Virus record (IMG/VR): IMGVR_UViG_3300044513_000021
Span: 1 to 26,802 of that record
Reading direction: 5' to 3' (one strand)
Source: a virus
Lineage: Duplodnaviria > Caudoviricetes
Length of the DNA stretch: 26,802 nucleotides
The translations under genes and the position numbers were made by a program. The notes beneath the pieces are model-generated. The model did no database searches, was not told the origin of the DNA, and saw nothing but the letters and a program-made list of their open reading frames with translations. This document shows positions 5,684 through 15,166 of the stretch, piece by piece; positions within the stretch are counted from its first letter, which is position 1, and the number at the start of each line of letters is the position of its first letter.

Positions 5684-6508
5684 ATGCTAGAATATATCCC
5701 TGAGAACTTAGACTTTGATGTAACCTTTGAGCCTACTCGTGTAGCTGACAAGAAGTATGTCATTGACGGTAACACTGGCGAACCTATCGCCATCGTTGGC
5801 AAAGACTTTAAGTGTGCCTCACATGGTGACTTCTTCCGTGATGTAATGGATGCTGTCACGAATCACCTGACTGATGATGAGTATGCTGATGCTAGTATTG
5901 TCTGGCGTGATGCTCATAACAATGGCTGGGCTATGATGGACATGACCCTGCCTAACATGAAGCACACTATCGTCACACCAAAGCATGAGACTGAGATTGC
6001 ACAGCGTATCATTGCTTTGCATGGTGTTGATGGTACATGCTCTAACACTGTACTGTTTGGGGCTATTGACTTCTTCTGTACCAATGGCATGGTGCGTGGT
6101 GAGCATGACAAGGTACGCCGTAAGAACACTAGTGGCTTTAGCCTTGACAGGTTCATTCAAAAGCTGGGCAAAGCTAATGATGATTTCACTGACTATCACA
6201 AGCAGATACAAGCATGGGCTAACAAGAGTCTGTATGTTGGTGATGTGAAAGCTATGCTTGAATCACTTGACAAGGGCAAGTCTGATGGATTGTTCCAGTT
6301 GTACAATCAAGAGGCTGGTGTTCGTGGTAACAATGCCTTTGCTCTGTACTCTGCCTTCACAAACTATGCAAGCTATGCTGATGAGCGTAACGGTTTCAAG
6401 TTGCGTAACACTGGCAAGGATACAGCAGCAAAGAATATGTGGGAGCGTGAAGAGAAGGTATCACGTTGGATTGAAAGCAAGCAGTTCAAGGAGTTGTTAG
6501 CAGCATGA
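5684..6508 (+). CDS. DUF932/TIGR03299-like phage protein
   Basis: IVGKDF...H, HGVDGT, FFCTNGM, GNNAFALYSAFTNYASY motifs. Confidence 0.75.
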   Translation: MLEYIPENLDFDVTFEPTRVADKKYVIDGNTGEPIAIVGKDFKCASHGDFFRDVMDAVTNHLTDDEYADASIVWRDAHNNGWAMMDMTLPNMKHTIVTPKHETEIAQRIIALHGVDGTCSNTVLFGAIDFFCTNGMVRGEHDKVRRKNTSGFSLDRFIQKLGKANDDFTDYHKQIQAWANKSLYVGDVKAMLESLDKGKSDGLFQLYNQEAGVRGNNAFALYSAFTNYASYADERNGFKLRNTGKDTAAKNMWEREEKVSRWIESKQFKELLAA

Positions 6509-6762
6509 CACGTCACATTATCATAGACCACGATAACAACGAAAAGGTATCTTACTGGACACTCAGTGAGATACTCACCGAAATCAATCGGGATAGGTCT
6601 TCCGAATGGACAGACTATGATGAGTCCGATTGGCGTGAGGGATTAGAACACTGGACTAATCTTGAATACGTAGGCAAGGAAATTGAGAAGCAGTTTTGGC
6701 AGGACTTGGCAGACAAAAGGGATGCAATGCTTCTTAAATATAAGAAGGAGATGAACCTGTGA
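6505..6762 (+). CDS. Acidic hypothetical protein, 85 aa
   Basis: ATGA overlap; ILTEINRDRSSEWTDYDESDWREGL. Confidence 0.75.
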   Translation: MTRHIIIDHDNNEKVSYWTLSEILTEINRDRSSEWTDYDESDWREGLEHWTNLEYVGKEIEKQFWQDLADKRDAMLLKYKKEMNL

Positions 6763-7637
6763 AGACAGTGCAGCAACTAGTTGACAAGTACTATACTTCC
6801 AATGATTACAGTATGTTACGAGACAAGTCTAAGAAAGACTATCAATATTTCTTGGGCATAATGTGTGACAAATTTGGTGATGTTGAGTATAAGAAACTCA
6901 CTAGCAAACAAGCTAAACATGCCTATGAAGAGTGGGTTGTGCGGGGCATCAGCTTCGCCAACCACATCTGCACTGTGTCATCCATCGTGTATCGTCATGC
7001 CATTGACATGGAGTACACCGCTGTCAATCCATTCGCTAGTGTCAGACGTAAGACACCACCACAACGCAAGGTTGTGTGGACAGAAGATGATGTGCGTCAC
7101 TTCCTTGACACTGCATACAGTGAGTTTCAGTGGCGTAGCCTTGGCTTGATAGTACACATGGCATATGATTGGTGCCAGCGACTAGGTGACATGCGGTTAC
7201 TGACATGGGATAACATCGACTTGGCTGAACGTAAGCTATATCTTGAGCAGTCTAAGCGTAGGGCAGACGTAACTCTACCCATCGAAGATGACTTGCTTGA
7301 GATGTTGACACAGCAAGAGCAAGACTTTGGCTTTCAACAGTACGTTGTTCCCCGTACAACGCCTGTACAGGGCGAGTACCACCCTTACAGTATGCAGAGA
7401 CTATCTAAAGCTGGAAGGGCTGTCATGCGGCAAGCTGGGCTGGCTGAAGAATTAAGGCTGATGGACTTACGCCGCACTGGTACGACACAGATGGTTGAAG
7501 CTGGTGTTCCTATGGGACAAATCATGTCGGTTACAGGACACAGTAACCCACAGTCAGTTAAACCTTACATGAAAAATACCTACTCATCTGCAAATTCTGC
7601 ATTGACAATGAGGAAATCACATGGTAAAAGCACTTAA
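6759..7637 (+). CDS. int: Tyrosine recombinase / integrase
   Basis: Catalytic pattern QRLGD (R), QSKR (K), MDLRRT (xxLR), TGH (H) and VKPY (Y); GTG start overlapping the previous stop. Confidence 0.9.
   Translation: MKTVQQLVDKYYTSNDYSMLRDKSKKDYQYFLGIMCDKFGDVEYKKLTSKQAKHAYEEWVVRGISFANHICTVSSIVYRHAIDMEYTAVNPFASVRRKTPPQRKVVWTEDDVRHFLDTAYSEFQWRSLGLIVHMAYDWCQRLGDMRLLTWDNIDLAERKLYLEQSKRRADVTLPIEDDLLEMLTQQEQDFGFQQYVVPRTTPVQGEYHPYSMQRLSKAGRAVMRQAGLAEELRLMDLRRTGTTQMVEAGVPMGQIMSVTGHSNPQSVKPYMKNTYSSANSALTMRKSHGKST
7602..7630 (+). promoter_or_regulatory. Candidate promoter TTGACA-N17-TAAAAG with TG extension, upstream of primase
   Basis: Perfect -35 and 17-bp spacer; the -10 lacks the final T. Confidence 0.4.
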
Positions 7638-7665
7638 CTGCCGACAACGAAAGTGAGTATTACAT

Positions 7666-8433
7666 ATGAGTATATATAACATTATAAGTGATATAGATGT
7701 ACCTAACGGACACACGAAACGCATGGACTGCCCTAACTGTGGTGGTGCTAAGACGTTTACTGTCACAAACAATATGGGTTCCCTTGTGTGGAATTGCTAC
7801 AAGGCATCTTGTGGTATCAAGGGTGGCAACCGTGTACATCTTACAGTCGATGACATTCGGTCAGGCTTCAAGGGTGCAGAGGAGTTTGCTACCAGTACAT
7901 TTGAGTTGCCTACCTACATCATACCACACCGTGACAATATGTATATGAACAGGTGGTGTGACACATGGGGATTAGACATAGATGAATTAGGTTTGATGTA
8001 TGATGTGAAGGAAAGCCGTGTGGTATTCCCTGTCATACACGATGGAGTTATGGTAGATGCGACAGGCCGTGCGCTTGGTAATCGCCTACCTAAATGGAAA
8101 CGATATGGAAAAAGTGGCTTGCCTTACACAGCTGGGTGTGGTAATGTCGCAGTAGTTGTTGAGGACTGTGTGAGTGCAGCCGTTGTTGGTTACGGTTCCT
8201 TTGTCGGGGTTGCGCTTCTTGGCACATCATTGCAAGAGTCGCATAAAGGGTATCTTGCACAGTTCTCAACAGCAGTTATAGCGTTAGACCCCGATGCGCT
8301 ACCTAAGACTTTGCAGATGGCAAAGGAATTACGTGGTCACGTAAACGATGTTCGTGTACTACGACTGACTGACGATTTGAAATATCGTAACCCGACAGAT
8401 ATGGAGAACTTAAATGGAATTATCAATCATTAG
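7666..8433 (+). CDS. DNA primase (zinc finger plus TOPRIM)
   Basis: CPNC...CYKASC zinc-binding domain; VVVEDCVSA and ALDPDA TOPRIM motifs. Confidence 0.9.
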   Translation: MSIYNIISDIDVPNGHTKRMDCPNCGGAKTFTVTNNMGSLVWNCYKASCGIKGGNRVHLTVDDIRSGFKGAEEFATSTFELPTYIIPHRDNMYMNRWCDTWGLDIDELGLMYDVKESRVVFPVIHDGVMVDATGRALGNRLPKWKRYGKSGLPYTAGCGNVAVVVEDCVSAAVVGYGSFVGVALLGTSLQESHKGYLAQFSTAVIALDPDALPKTLQMAKELRGHVNDVRVLRLTDDLKYRNPTDMENLNGIINH

Positions 8434-9637
8434 AAGCCTTATGGACAAGTCCTTCTACGATGATCACCGTGGTAGTAAATGCCCACAGCGATTATTCAGC
8501 AAGGATGCTCGTAAGATTAAAGAAGCTATCGACACAGCTATGGATAGGTACGAGCGTACTGTAACACCAGATGAGATTGAGGCATTGTTCATGTCTAACA
8601 ATCCCACCTTGACTACAGCACAGAAGCAAGCCTACTCAAGCCTGTTTGCACAGATCAAACGTGAGCAGCCTATGGGTAGTGACGTAGCACAAGAGGTATT
8701 GTCCAAGCTATTCCAGCAGGTTGTTGGTGAGGACGTTGCTAACATTGGCTTTGATATGGTCAACGGTGATGCCGCTACCCTTGAGAAGCTACGCAATCTG
8801 CTGGAGCGTTACGGTGATGACTTCATTCCCAACCTCAACATTGAGTGGGATGACATCAGCATTGAAACACTCATGGCTAAAGCTGAGTTGGAAGCCAAGT
8901 GGACATTCAATATACCAAGCGTAGCACGTAAGGTTGAGGGTGTGTCAGGTGGTCAGCTTATCGAAGTAGGTGCTAGACCTAACACTGGTAAGACATCCTT
9001 CCACGCCAGCTTAATTGCATCGCCGGGTGGGTTTGCACATCAGGGTGCTAAGTGTATCATCCTATGTAATGAGGAACCTACCCACCGTGTTGGTGCTAGA
9101 TACCTGACTGCTGCTGCTGGTATGACAGCACGTGAGGTACGTGATAACCTTAGTGCAGCCAAGGCTAAGTACGAACCAGTGATGAACAACATCAAGATCA
9201 AAGATGCTGGTGGTCGTGACATGGCATGGGTTGAGTCCGTATGTAAGACACACAAGCCTGACATACTTGTACTAGACATGGGTGACAAGTTCGGTGTGGC
9301 TGGTTCATACTCAAGACCTGATGAAGCACTCAAGGCTTGTGCTATCTATGCACGACAGATTGCCAAGACATACGACTGTGCTGTATTCTATATGTCACAG
9401 TTGTCTGCTGAAGCTGAAGGCCGTGCGCAGCTTAATCAATCTATGATGGAAGGCTCACGTACTGGTAAGGCTGCTGAAGCTGACTTGATGGTGTTGATTG
9501 GTAAGTCACCTAGCGTAGAGGGGCAAGAAGAAGAAAGCCCATTGCGTCACATCAACATCGTTAAGAACAAGCTGAATGGCTGGCACGGTATGGTGAACTG
9601 TGAACTTAACTATCAGACTGCGAGGTATGAGGGATGA
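8414..9637 (+). CDS. Replicative SF4 (DnaB/T7 gp4-like) helicase
   Basis: Walker A GARPNTGKT, ILVLD Walker B, MSQL and KNK motifs. Confidence 0.92.
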   Translation: MELSIIRSLMDKSFYDDHRGSKCPQRLFSKDARKIKEAIDTAMDRYERTVTPDEIEALFMSNNPTLTTAQKQAYSSLFAQIKREQPMGSDVAQEVLSKLFQQVVGEDVANIGFDMVNGDAATLEKLRNLLERYGDDFIPNLNIEWDDISIETLMAKAELEAKWTFNIPSVARKVEGVSGGQLIEVGARPNTGKTSFHASLIASPGGFAHQGAKCIILCNEEPTHRVGARYLTAAAGMTAREVRDNLSAAKAKYEPVMNNIKIKDAGGRDMAWVESVCKTHKPDILVLDMGDKFGVAGSYSRPDEALKACAIYARQIAKTYDCAVFYMSQLSAEAEGRAQLNQSMMEGSRTGKAAEADLMVLIGKSPSVEGQEEESPLRHINIVKNKLNGWHGMVNCELNYQTARYEG

Positions 9638-10071
9638 GGAAACAATTTAGTGAAGCGTTACATGGTAAGCATGACAAGCCTGCACGTATCCGTACTATGG
9701 AATACATGCAGACCAAGGGCTATGAGATATGGGAGAATCCTAACATCTATGGTCAAGACTTGATTGCCGAAGGTAGCAAGGGTAAGTTCTATGTCGAGTG
9801 TGAGGTCAAGACTGTATGGGATACAGACAAGTTCCCATTCGATACAGTGCAGCTACCAGAACGCAAGAGTAAGTTCTTTAATTCACCTACGTTGTTCTTT
9901 GTCTGGAATAAGATGCTTACGACAGCGTTATTGTTTAAGTCAAATGACATTAAAGACTTGACACCCGTTGAGGTATCGAATAAATATATAGCGTCCGGTG
10001 AGTTATTCTATCAGATACCACTAGACATGACAGGAACAGTAAGGATGGGCAGATATGAAACTAACACTTGA
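9634..10071 (+). CDS. PD-(D/E)XK-type nuclease-fold protein
   Basis: QDLIA...YVECEVK motif; translationally coupled to both neighbours. Confidence 0.65.
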   Translation: MRKQFSEALHGKHDKPARIRTMEYMQTKGYEIWENPNIYGQDLIAEGSKGKFYVECEVKTVWDTDKFPFDTVQLPERKSKFFNSPTLFFVWNKMLTTALLFKSNDIKDLTPVEVSNKYIASGELFYQIPLDMTGTVRMGRYETNT

Positions 10072-12097
10072 CGTAGAAAACACAACGACTAAGCGAGATG
10101 GTAAGCTACACCTTGATCCATTTGAGCCAGACAATTCACTGACTATGGTTGGTATGCTGTCTGATCAGGGCGAGGAACTTATCGTCACGTTTGATCACAG
10201 TGATGTGCCAGCGGATGTTGATGGGCATACCATCGTACAAGACTGGCTAGACAAGACAACCTTACTAATCTGCCACAACGTAGCACACGACTTGCTATGG
10301 CTGTGGGAGTCAGGCTTCAAGTATGATGGTGCAGTGTTCGATACAATGCTTGTCGAGTATGTACTACAACGTGGCATCAAAGAACCACTGTCACTTGAGG
10401 CTTGTGCTGAACGCTATGAGTTGGACACTAAGAAGCAAGACACCCTCAAAGAATATTTCAAGAAGGGTTACAACACTCGTGACATTCCTCACGCTGAGTT
10501 GTCAGAGTATCTTAGTGCTGACTTACATGCTACCCAGCAGCTATCCGATAAGCTATGGTACAGACTTAACACTGTAGCTGACATTGGTTTGCTATCTACT
10601 GCACGACTGACTAATCGTGTAGCCAAATGCTTGACTGCTATCTATCAGCGTGGCTTTGCTGTAGACACCAGCAAGCTTGATGAAGTGCGTACAGAGTTTG
10701 AGCAAGAGAAGAAGCAGCTAGTCTCTGACTTGCAGTCTCATGTTCGTACTCTTATGGGTGATACACCTATCAACCTTAACAGCCCAGAGCAATTGTCTTG
10801 GGTTATCTATAGCCGCAAGGTTATTGACAAGCCATATTGGGGTAATGCTATTGACCCATACATGAGTGATACAGACTTCCGCAGTCTCATTGCGGGTGGT
10901 ACTGAACGTATATACAAGACAGTAGCTGAACAGTGCCGTGCCTGTAATGGTAGCGGTGTCATTAGAAAGGTAAAGAAAGATGGAACACCATTTGCCAACA
11001 CTAATAAATGTACGTCCTGTAGTGGGGCTGGCTATCTGCTTACTAATGCTGTGGATGTGGCGGGGCTAAAGTTCAAGCCACCATCAGCTAAGTGGGCATC
11101 AGCCAACGGCTTCTCCACTAGCAAGCAGAACCTAGAGGTACTTGAGGCCGCAGCTAAGTCACGAGGTATGACTGACGCTGTTGACTTCTTGTCTAAGGTA
11201 CGGCGGCTATCTGCTGTCGATACCTACTTGTCATCATTCGTTGATGGCATTGGAACATACACCAAGCAAGATGGGTTGCTGCATGTACGGTTGCTACAGC
11301 ATCGCACATCAACAGGCCGCTTCTCTGGTGCTGATCCTAACATGCAGAACATGCCACGTGGCGGTACGTTCCCTGTAAAGAAAGTATTCGTGTCACGATT
11401 CGATGGCGGTAAGGTACTTGAGGCTGACTTTGCACAGCTTGAGTTTCGTGCTGCCGCTTACTTATCACAAGATGAGGTAGCCATTGAAGAAGTATCTACT
11501 GGCTTTGATGTACATGCATACACCGCTAAAGTTATTACCGATGCTGGTCAGCCTACGAGTAGGCAGGATGCGAAAGCGCATACCTTCGCCCCACTCTACG
11601 GTGCCACCGGATACGGTAGAACAAAAGCAGAAGCAGCCTACTACGAACACTTCAACAGCAAGTACAAAGGAGTCGCCGCTTGGCATTCCCGACTGGCTAA
11701 AGAGGCTGTAACAACACAAAAGATAACCACGCCTAGTGGTCGTGAGTTTGCGTTCCCTGATGTGGTGCGTAAATCTACCGGGCGTGTCTCACACTTTACA
11801 CAGATTAAGAATTACCCTGTGCAATCATTCGCTACGGCAGACATTGTACCTATTGCATTGCTGCATATTGATGAGTTGCTAAAGGGTATGCAATCATGTA
11901 TAGTGAACTCAGTGCATGATAGTATTGTCATTGACGTACACCCTGACGAAGAAGCGCAGGTAATCAACGTCATAGAGGCTACTAATAAAGCACTGCCTGA
12001 ACTCATCACATTACGGTGGGGAGTTGACTTCAACGTACCTCTATTATTAGAGGCGAAGATTGGTCCGAATTGGCTTGACGTTAAGGACGTAATCTGA
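10055..12097 (+). CDS. polA: Family A DNA polymerase with 3'-5' exonuclease and DnaJ-type zinc-finger insert
   Basis: ExoI LDVE, ExoII HNVAHD, ExoIII YLSAD; TGRFSG, motif A ADFAQLEFR, motif B AKAHTFAPLYG, motif C VHDS; CRACNGSG...CTSCSGAG insert. Confidence 0.97.
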   Translation: MKLTLDVENTTTKRDGKLHLDPFEPDNSLTMVGMLSDQGEELIVTFDHSDVPADVDGHTIVQDWLDKTTLLICHNVAHDLLWLWESGFKYDGAVFDTMLVEYVLQRGIKEPLSLEACAERYELDTKKQDTLKEYFKKGYNTRDIPHAELSEYLSADLHATQQLSDKLWYRLNTVADIGLLSTARLTNRVAKCLTAIYQRGFAVDTSKLDEVRTEFEQEKKQLVSDLQSHVRTLMGDTPINLNSPEQLSWVIYSRKVIDKPYWGNAIDPYMSDTDFRSLIAGGTERIYKTVAEQCRACNGSGVIRKVKKDGTPFANTNKCTSCSGAGYLLTNAVDVAGLKFKPPSAKWASANGFSTSKQNLEVLEAAAKSRGMTDAVDFLSKVRRLSAVDTYLSSFVDGIGTYTKQDGLLHVRLLQHRTSTGRFSGADPNMQNMPRGGTFPVKKVFVSRFDGGKVLEADFAQLEFRAAAYLSQDEVAIEEVSTGFDVHAYTAKVITDAGQPTSRQDAKAHTFAPLYGATGYGRTKAEAAYYEHFNSKYKGVAAWHSRLAKEAVTTQKITTPSGREFAFPDVVRKSTGRVSHFTQIKNYPVQSFATADIVPIALLHIDELLKGMQSCIVNSVHDSIVIDVHPDEEAQVINVIEATNKALPELITLRWGVDFNVPLLLEAKIGPNWLDVKDVI

Positions 12098-12103
12098 TAT
12101 AAC
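12075..12103 (+). promoter_or_regulatory. Sigma70-like promoter TTGACG-N17-TATAAC with extended -10 TG
   Basis: Near-consensus hexamers just upstream of the AAAAGGAG RBS of 12140..13048. Confidence 0.6.
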
Positions 12104-12139
12104 TATGAATCTTACACAACTGAAAAGGAGTTAATAAAC

Positions 12140-13048
12140 ATGACTGAAATCGCAACAATTGATACAAATAATTTCGCAGCTATGGCTAAAGCAATGGGCA
12201 TCGCTAATGAAGGTGGCACTAGCAGCAAGAAGTCTGCAAGCACACTGGCTCGTCTACGTATTCACCACACACCAATCATGGGTGAGGCTGAAGTAAACGG
12301 TAAGCGTGTTAACATGGAAGTTGTTTCCGGTGGTATGTACAAGCTGGAGATTCCAGATGGGCCTACCTACTACGCTTCATCTGTTAAGCTGCGTCCATAC
12401 CTACAGCGTTTCATGTACAAGAAGTTCGTCATGGCTACAGGTAAATCACCTAACCGTTATGTTAAGACAGTGATGGCAGACAATCTGAACACTGACCTTA
12501 AAGATAATGATGGCGGCTTTAACTGTGGTAAGCCTGCTGGTTACATTGCTGACTGGAAGTCACTACCTGAGAAGACACAGGAACTAATCCGTCAGATCAA
12601 GCGTGTACGAGTAATGCTTGGCACCGTAGAGATGATTGATCCTGTTGATGCAAGCGGTAATCCTGTAGAGGTGGATGCTACACCATTCATCTGGGAGATT
12701 GAGAACCGTGATGCATTCAAAGAGTTCGGCAATGTCTTTGCTAAACTCAATAAGATGAAGCGTCTGCCAGTGCAGCACAACATCGTTTCAGCTACAGAAG
12801 AACGTAAGCTGCCTAACGGTAGTAGCTTCTACCTGCCAGTGACAACGCTTGACGTTACTAAGACACTGGAACTTACTCAAGAAGATCAGGATCGCTTCGG
12901 TGACTTCATGGCTTGGGTGACGAACTACAATGAGTACATCATCAATACCTACACTGAGAAGGCAACGAGCCAGAACGATGCTGACTTGGATGAGGTAGAC
13001 ATTGATGGTGTGATTGATGTTGAATTTGAAGAAGAAGAGGTGGCATAA
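12140..13048 (+). CDS. Probable single-stranded DNA-binding protein
   Basis: Position after the polymerase, beta-rich core and highly acidic C-terminal tail (DADLDEVDIDGVIDVEFEEEEVA). Function is inferred. Confidence 0.6.
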   Translation: MTEIATIDTNNFAAMAKAMGIANEGGTSSKKSASTLARLRIHHTPIMGEAEVNGKRVNMEVVSGGMYKLEIPDGPTYYASSVKLRPYLQRFMYKKFVMATGKSPNRYVKTVMADNLNTDLKDNDGGFNCGKPAGYIADWKSLPEKTQELIRQIKRVRVMLGTVEMIDPVDASGNPVEVDATPFIWEIENRDAFKEFGNVFAKLNKMKRLPVQHNIVSATEERKLPNGSSFYLPVTTLDVTKTLELTQEDQDRFGDFMAWVTNYNEYIINTYTEKATSQNDADLDEVDIDGVIDVEFEEEEVA

Positions 13049-13899
13049 TGAATCATCCCGCTGAACTAGCATTGCATCAGTACATGGAGAATGCTGTCAA
13101 AGGCACATCCACTATGTCAGACGCTACCATAAAGCAGGTAGCCGATGATGTAGCTGATGCAATTACTCGTCAGTTCGGGAGTGGTAAGACAAGGGGTGAC
13201 TTTCGTTTGCGTATGTCAAATGTTGGTCGCCCTACTTGCCAGCTTTGGTACGAGAAGAATAAACCAGAGGTGGCCTTGCCCTTCCCAACTACATTCGTAA
13301 TGAACATGATGATTGGAGACATCGTTGAGGCGGTGTTCAAAGGTCTTCTCAAAGAAGCAGGAGTCAAATACAATGATACTGAAAAAGTCACTCTTGACCT
13401 TGGTACTACTCGTATTAATGGGTCATATGATATTGTCATTAACGATGCAGTTGATGATATTAAATCAGCTTCAGACTGGTCTTACAGAAACAAGTTTGAA
13501 TCTTACGATACCCTTGCAGCAGGAGACGGGTTTGGTTACGTTGGACAGCTTGCGGGTTACGCCAAAGCTTCCGGTAAACGTGCTGGCGGTTGGTGGGTAG
13601 TCAACAAAGCCAACGGTCAATTCAAGTATGTCCCTGCCGATAACCTAGACATGGACAAAGAGTTAGACAAGATCAACAAGACAGTAGCTACAGTAGAGGA
13701 GAACAAGTTTGAAAGATGCTTTGAACCAGTACCAGAGAAGTTTAGAGGTAAGGAGACAGGTAATAAGATACTTAATGATGGGTGTCGCTTTTGTTCTTAC
13801 CGTTTTGATTGTTGGTCTGATCTAACAGAACGTCCGGCAGTCAAGTCACAAGCTAAGAATCCACCTACAGTGAGTTACATTGGAGATGTCATTGGCTAA
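13048..13899 (+). CDS. Cas4/AddB-like PD-(D/E)XK exonuclease
   Basis: RMSNVGRPTCQLWY, GSYD...DDIKS, GYVGQLAGYA and C-terminal CRFCSYRFDC; four Cys in the Fe-S staple arrangement. Confidence 0.8.
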   Translation: MNHPAELALHQYMENAVKGTSTMSDATIKQVADDVADAITRQFGSGKTRGDFRLRMSNVGRPTCQLWYEKNKPEVALPFPTTFVMNMMIGDIVEAVFKGLLKEAGVKYNDTEKVTLDLGTTRINGSYDIVINDAVDDIKSASDWSYRNKFESYDTLAAGDGFGYVGQLAGYAKASGKRAGGWWVVNKANGQFKYVPADNLDMDKELDKINKTVATVEENKFERCFEPVPEKFRGKETGNKILNDGCRFCSYRFDCWSDLTERPAVKSQAKNPPTVSYIGDVIG

Positions 13900-14347
13900 C
13901 GCAAAGCGATTTGCTGCAGCTAAGAAGTATGGGTATCGCAGTGGGCTAGAACTTAAAGTCTCAGAGTATCTTAAAGAACGTAACATCAACTATGGTTACG
14001 AATGTATTAAGATTGAATGGGAAGACCTAGCCTACCGCACCTACACCCCAGACTTTGTGCTGGACAACGGCATCATTATCGAAACGAAAGGATTGTTTAC
14101 TGCAGCAGATAGACGTAAACACATAGCTATCAAGAAGCAGCATCCTAAACTTGACATTCGTTTCGTATTCACTAATAGTAATAGTAAGCTGCGTAAGGGT
14201 GCCAAGAGTACCTACGCTGAATGGTGTATCAAGCAAGGCTTTCGATACTACGACCGCATCATTCCAGAGGATTGGCTGAAGGAGAAGGGTAAGAAGAAAC
14301 ACGAAGCATTCATTAAATACACTGGAACTAAAGTGAAAAGGAGATAA
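13880..14347 (+). CDS. Endonuclease I (T7 gp3-like Holliday junction resolvase)
   Basis: YRSGLE, YTPDF, IIETKG, DRRKH and LDIRFVF motifs. The true start may be slightly downstream. Confidence 0.92.
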   Translation: MEMSLANAKRFAAAKKYGYRSGLELKVSEYLKERNINYGYECIKIEWEDLAYRTYTPDFVLDNGIIIETKGLFTAADRRKHIAIKKQHPKLDIRFVFTNSNSKLRKGAKSTYAEWCIKQGFRYYDRIIPEDWLKEKGKKKHEAFIKYTGTKVKRR

Positions 14348-14350
14348 CAT

Positions 14351-14719
14351 ATGGATATGGACAAGCTTAAAGAAGAACTTAACAACGAGGATTATCTGAT
14401 ACGAGTGCGTCCTTTTCCAAATGATGAAGGTGGTTGGTCAGGTGAGGTAGACATATCTATTATTGCTTCACCTGATAACCCACTAGAAGATGATGACTAC
14501 TATCAGCTAATGCACTTCTGTAAGATGATGTGTGCTACCATCCCTATCATGGAAGAGTCAGAAGAAATACGTAATATTGTACACGAATATGTAATGGAAG
14601 TACTTGACACAGAGATGGAGATTGATGTAGAACTAGAGGAAGAAGCTGGTGTAGAGAAAACCTATGATGGTAATGTAATACACTTACACTTCAACACAAA
14701 GACAGGAGGTACAGCATGA
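14351..14719 (+). CDS. Acidic hypothetical protein, 122 aa
   Basis: AAGGAG RBS; C-terminal GNVIHLHF. Confidence 0.8.
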   Translation: MDMDKLKEELNNEDYLIRVRPFPNDEGGWSGEVDISIIASPDNPLEDDDYYQLMHFCKMMCATIPIMEESEEIRNIVHEYVMEVLDTEMEIDVELEEEAGVEKTYDGNVIHLHFNTKTGGTA

Positions 14720-15012
14720 GACATGATGCATTTATGAAAGCAAAGATGATGGAAGAGAAAGAACAAGCAGGTAAAGTAGCTTGGGGTAATGTTGATATGG
14801 TCAACAGCCCACCCCACTACAACCAGACAGGCATCGAATGTATTCATGCTATCTCTGCTGCTACTGGTGATGGGTTCAAGTATTATCTGCAAGGTAACAT
14901 TATGAAATACCTATGGCGTTTCGATTACAAAGAGAAGCCTGTAGAAGACTTAGAGAAAGCCAGATGGTATCTGGATAAGTTGATTGAAGAGGTGATGGCA
15001 GATGCGAGTTAA
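14716..15012 (+). CDS. DUF3310 / T7 gp1.7-like nucleotide kinase domain protein
   Basis: DMVNSPPHY, IECI.AI, GNIMKYLWR and EDLEKARWY motifs. Confidence 0.85.
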   Translation: MRHDAFMKAKMMEEKEQAGKVAWGNVDMVNSPPHYNQTGIECIHAISAATGDGFKYYLQGNIMKYLWRFDYKEKPVEDLEKARWYLDKLIEEVMADAS

Positions 15013-15160
15013 GATGTTTATCACCATTGATGTTGACGAAGAAGACTATCCAGTGCCAGCCGATGGACAGGTAGGTGAGGAATTAGAAGAGGGCATACAA
15101 GAATATTTCTATGATATAGATGGTGCCAGTATCAAAACAATTAGAACAATAACGGAGTAA
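15002..15160 (+). CDS. Small acidic protein, 52 aa (MRVKMFITIDVDEEDYPVPADG...)
   Basis: Translated by hand; fills the gap before nrdJ; GAGGTG RBS. Confidence 0.7.
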   Translation: MRVKMFITIDVDEEDYPVPADGQVGEELEEGIQEYFYDIDGASIKTIRTITE

Positions 15161-15166
15161 CGACAA

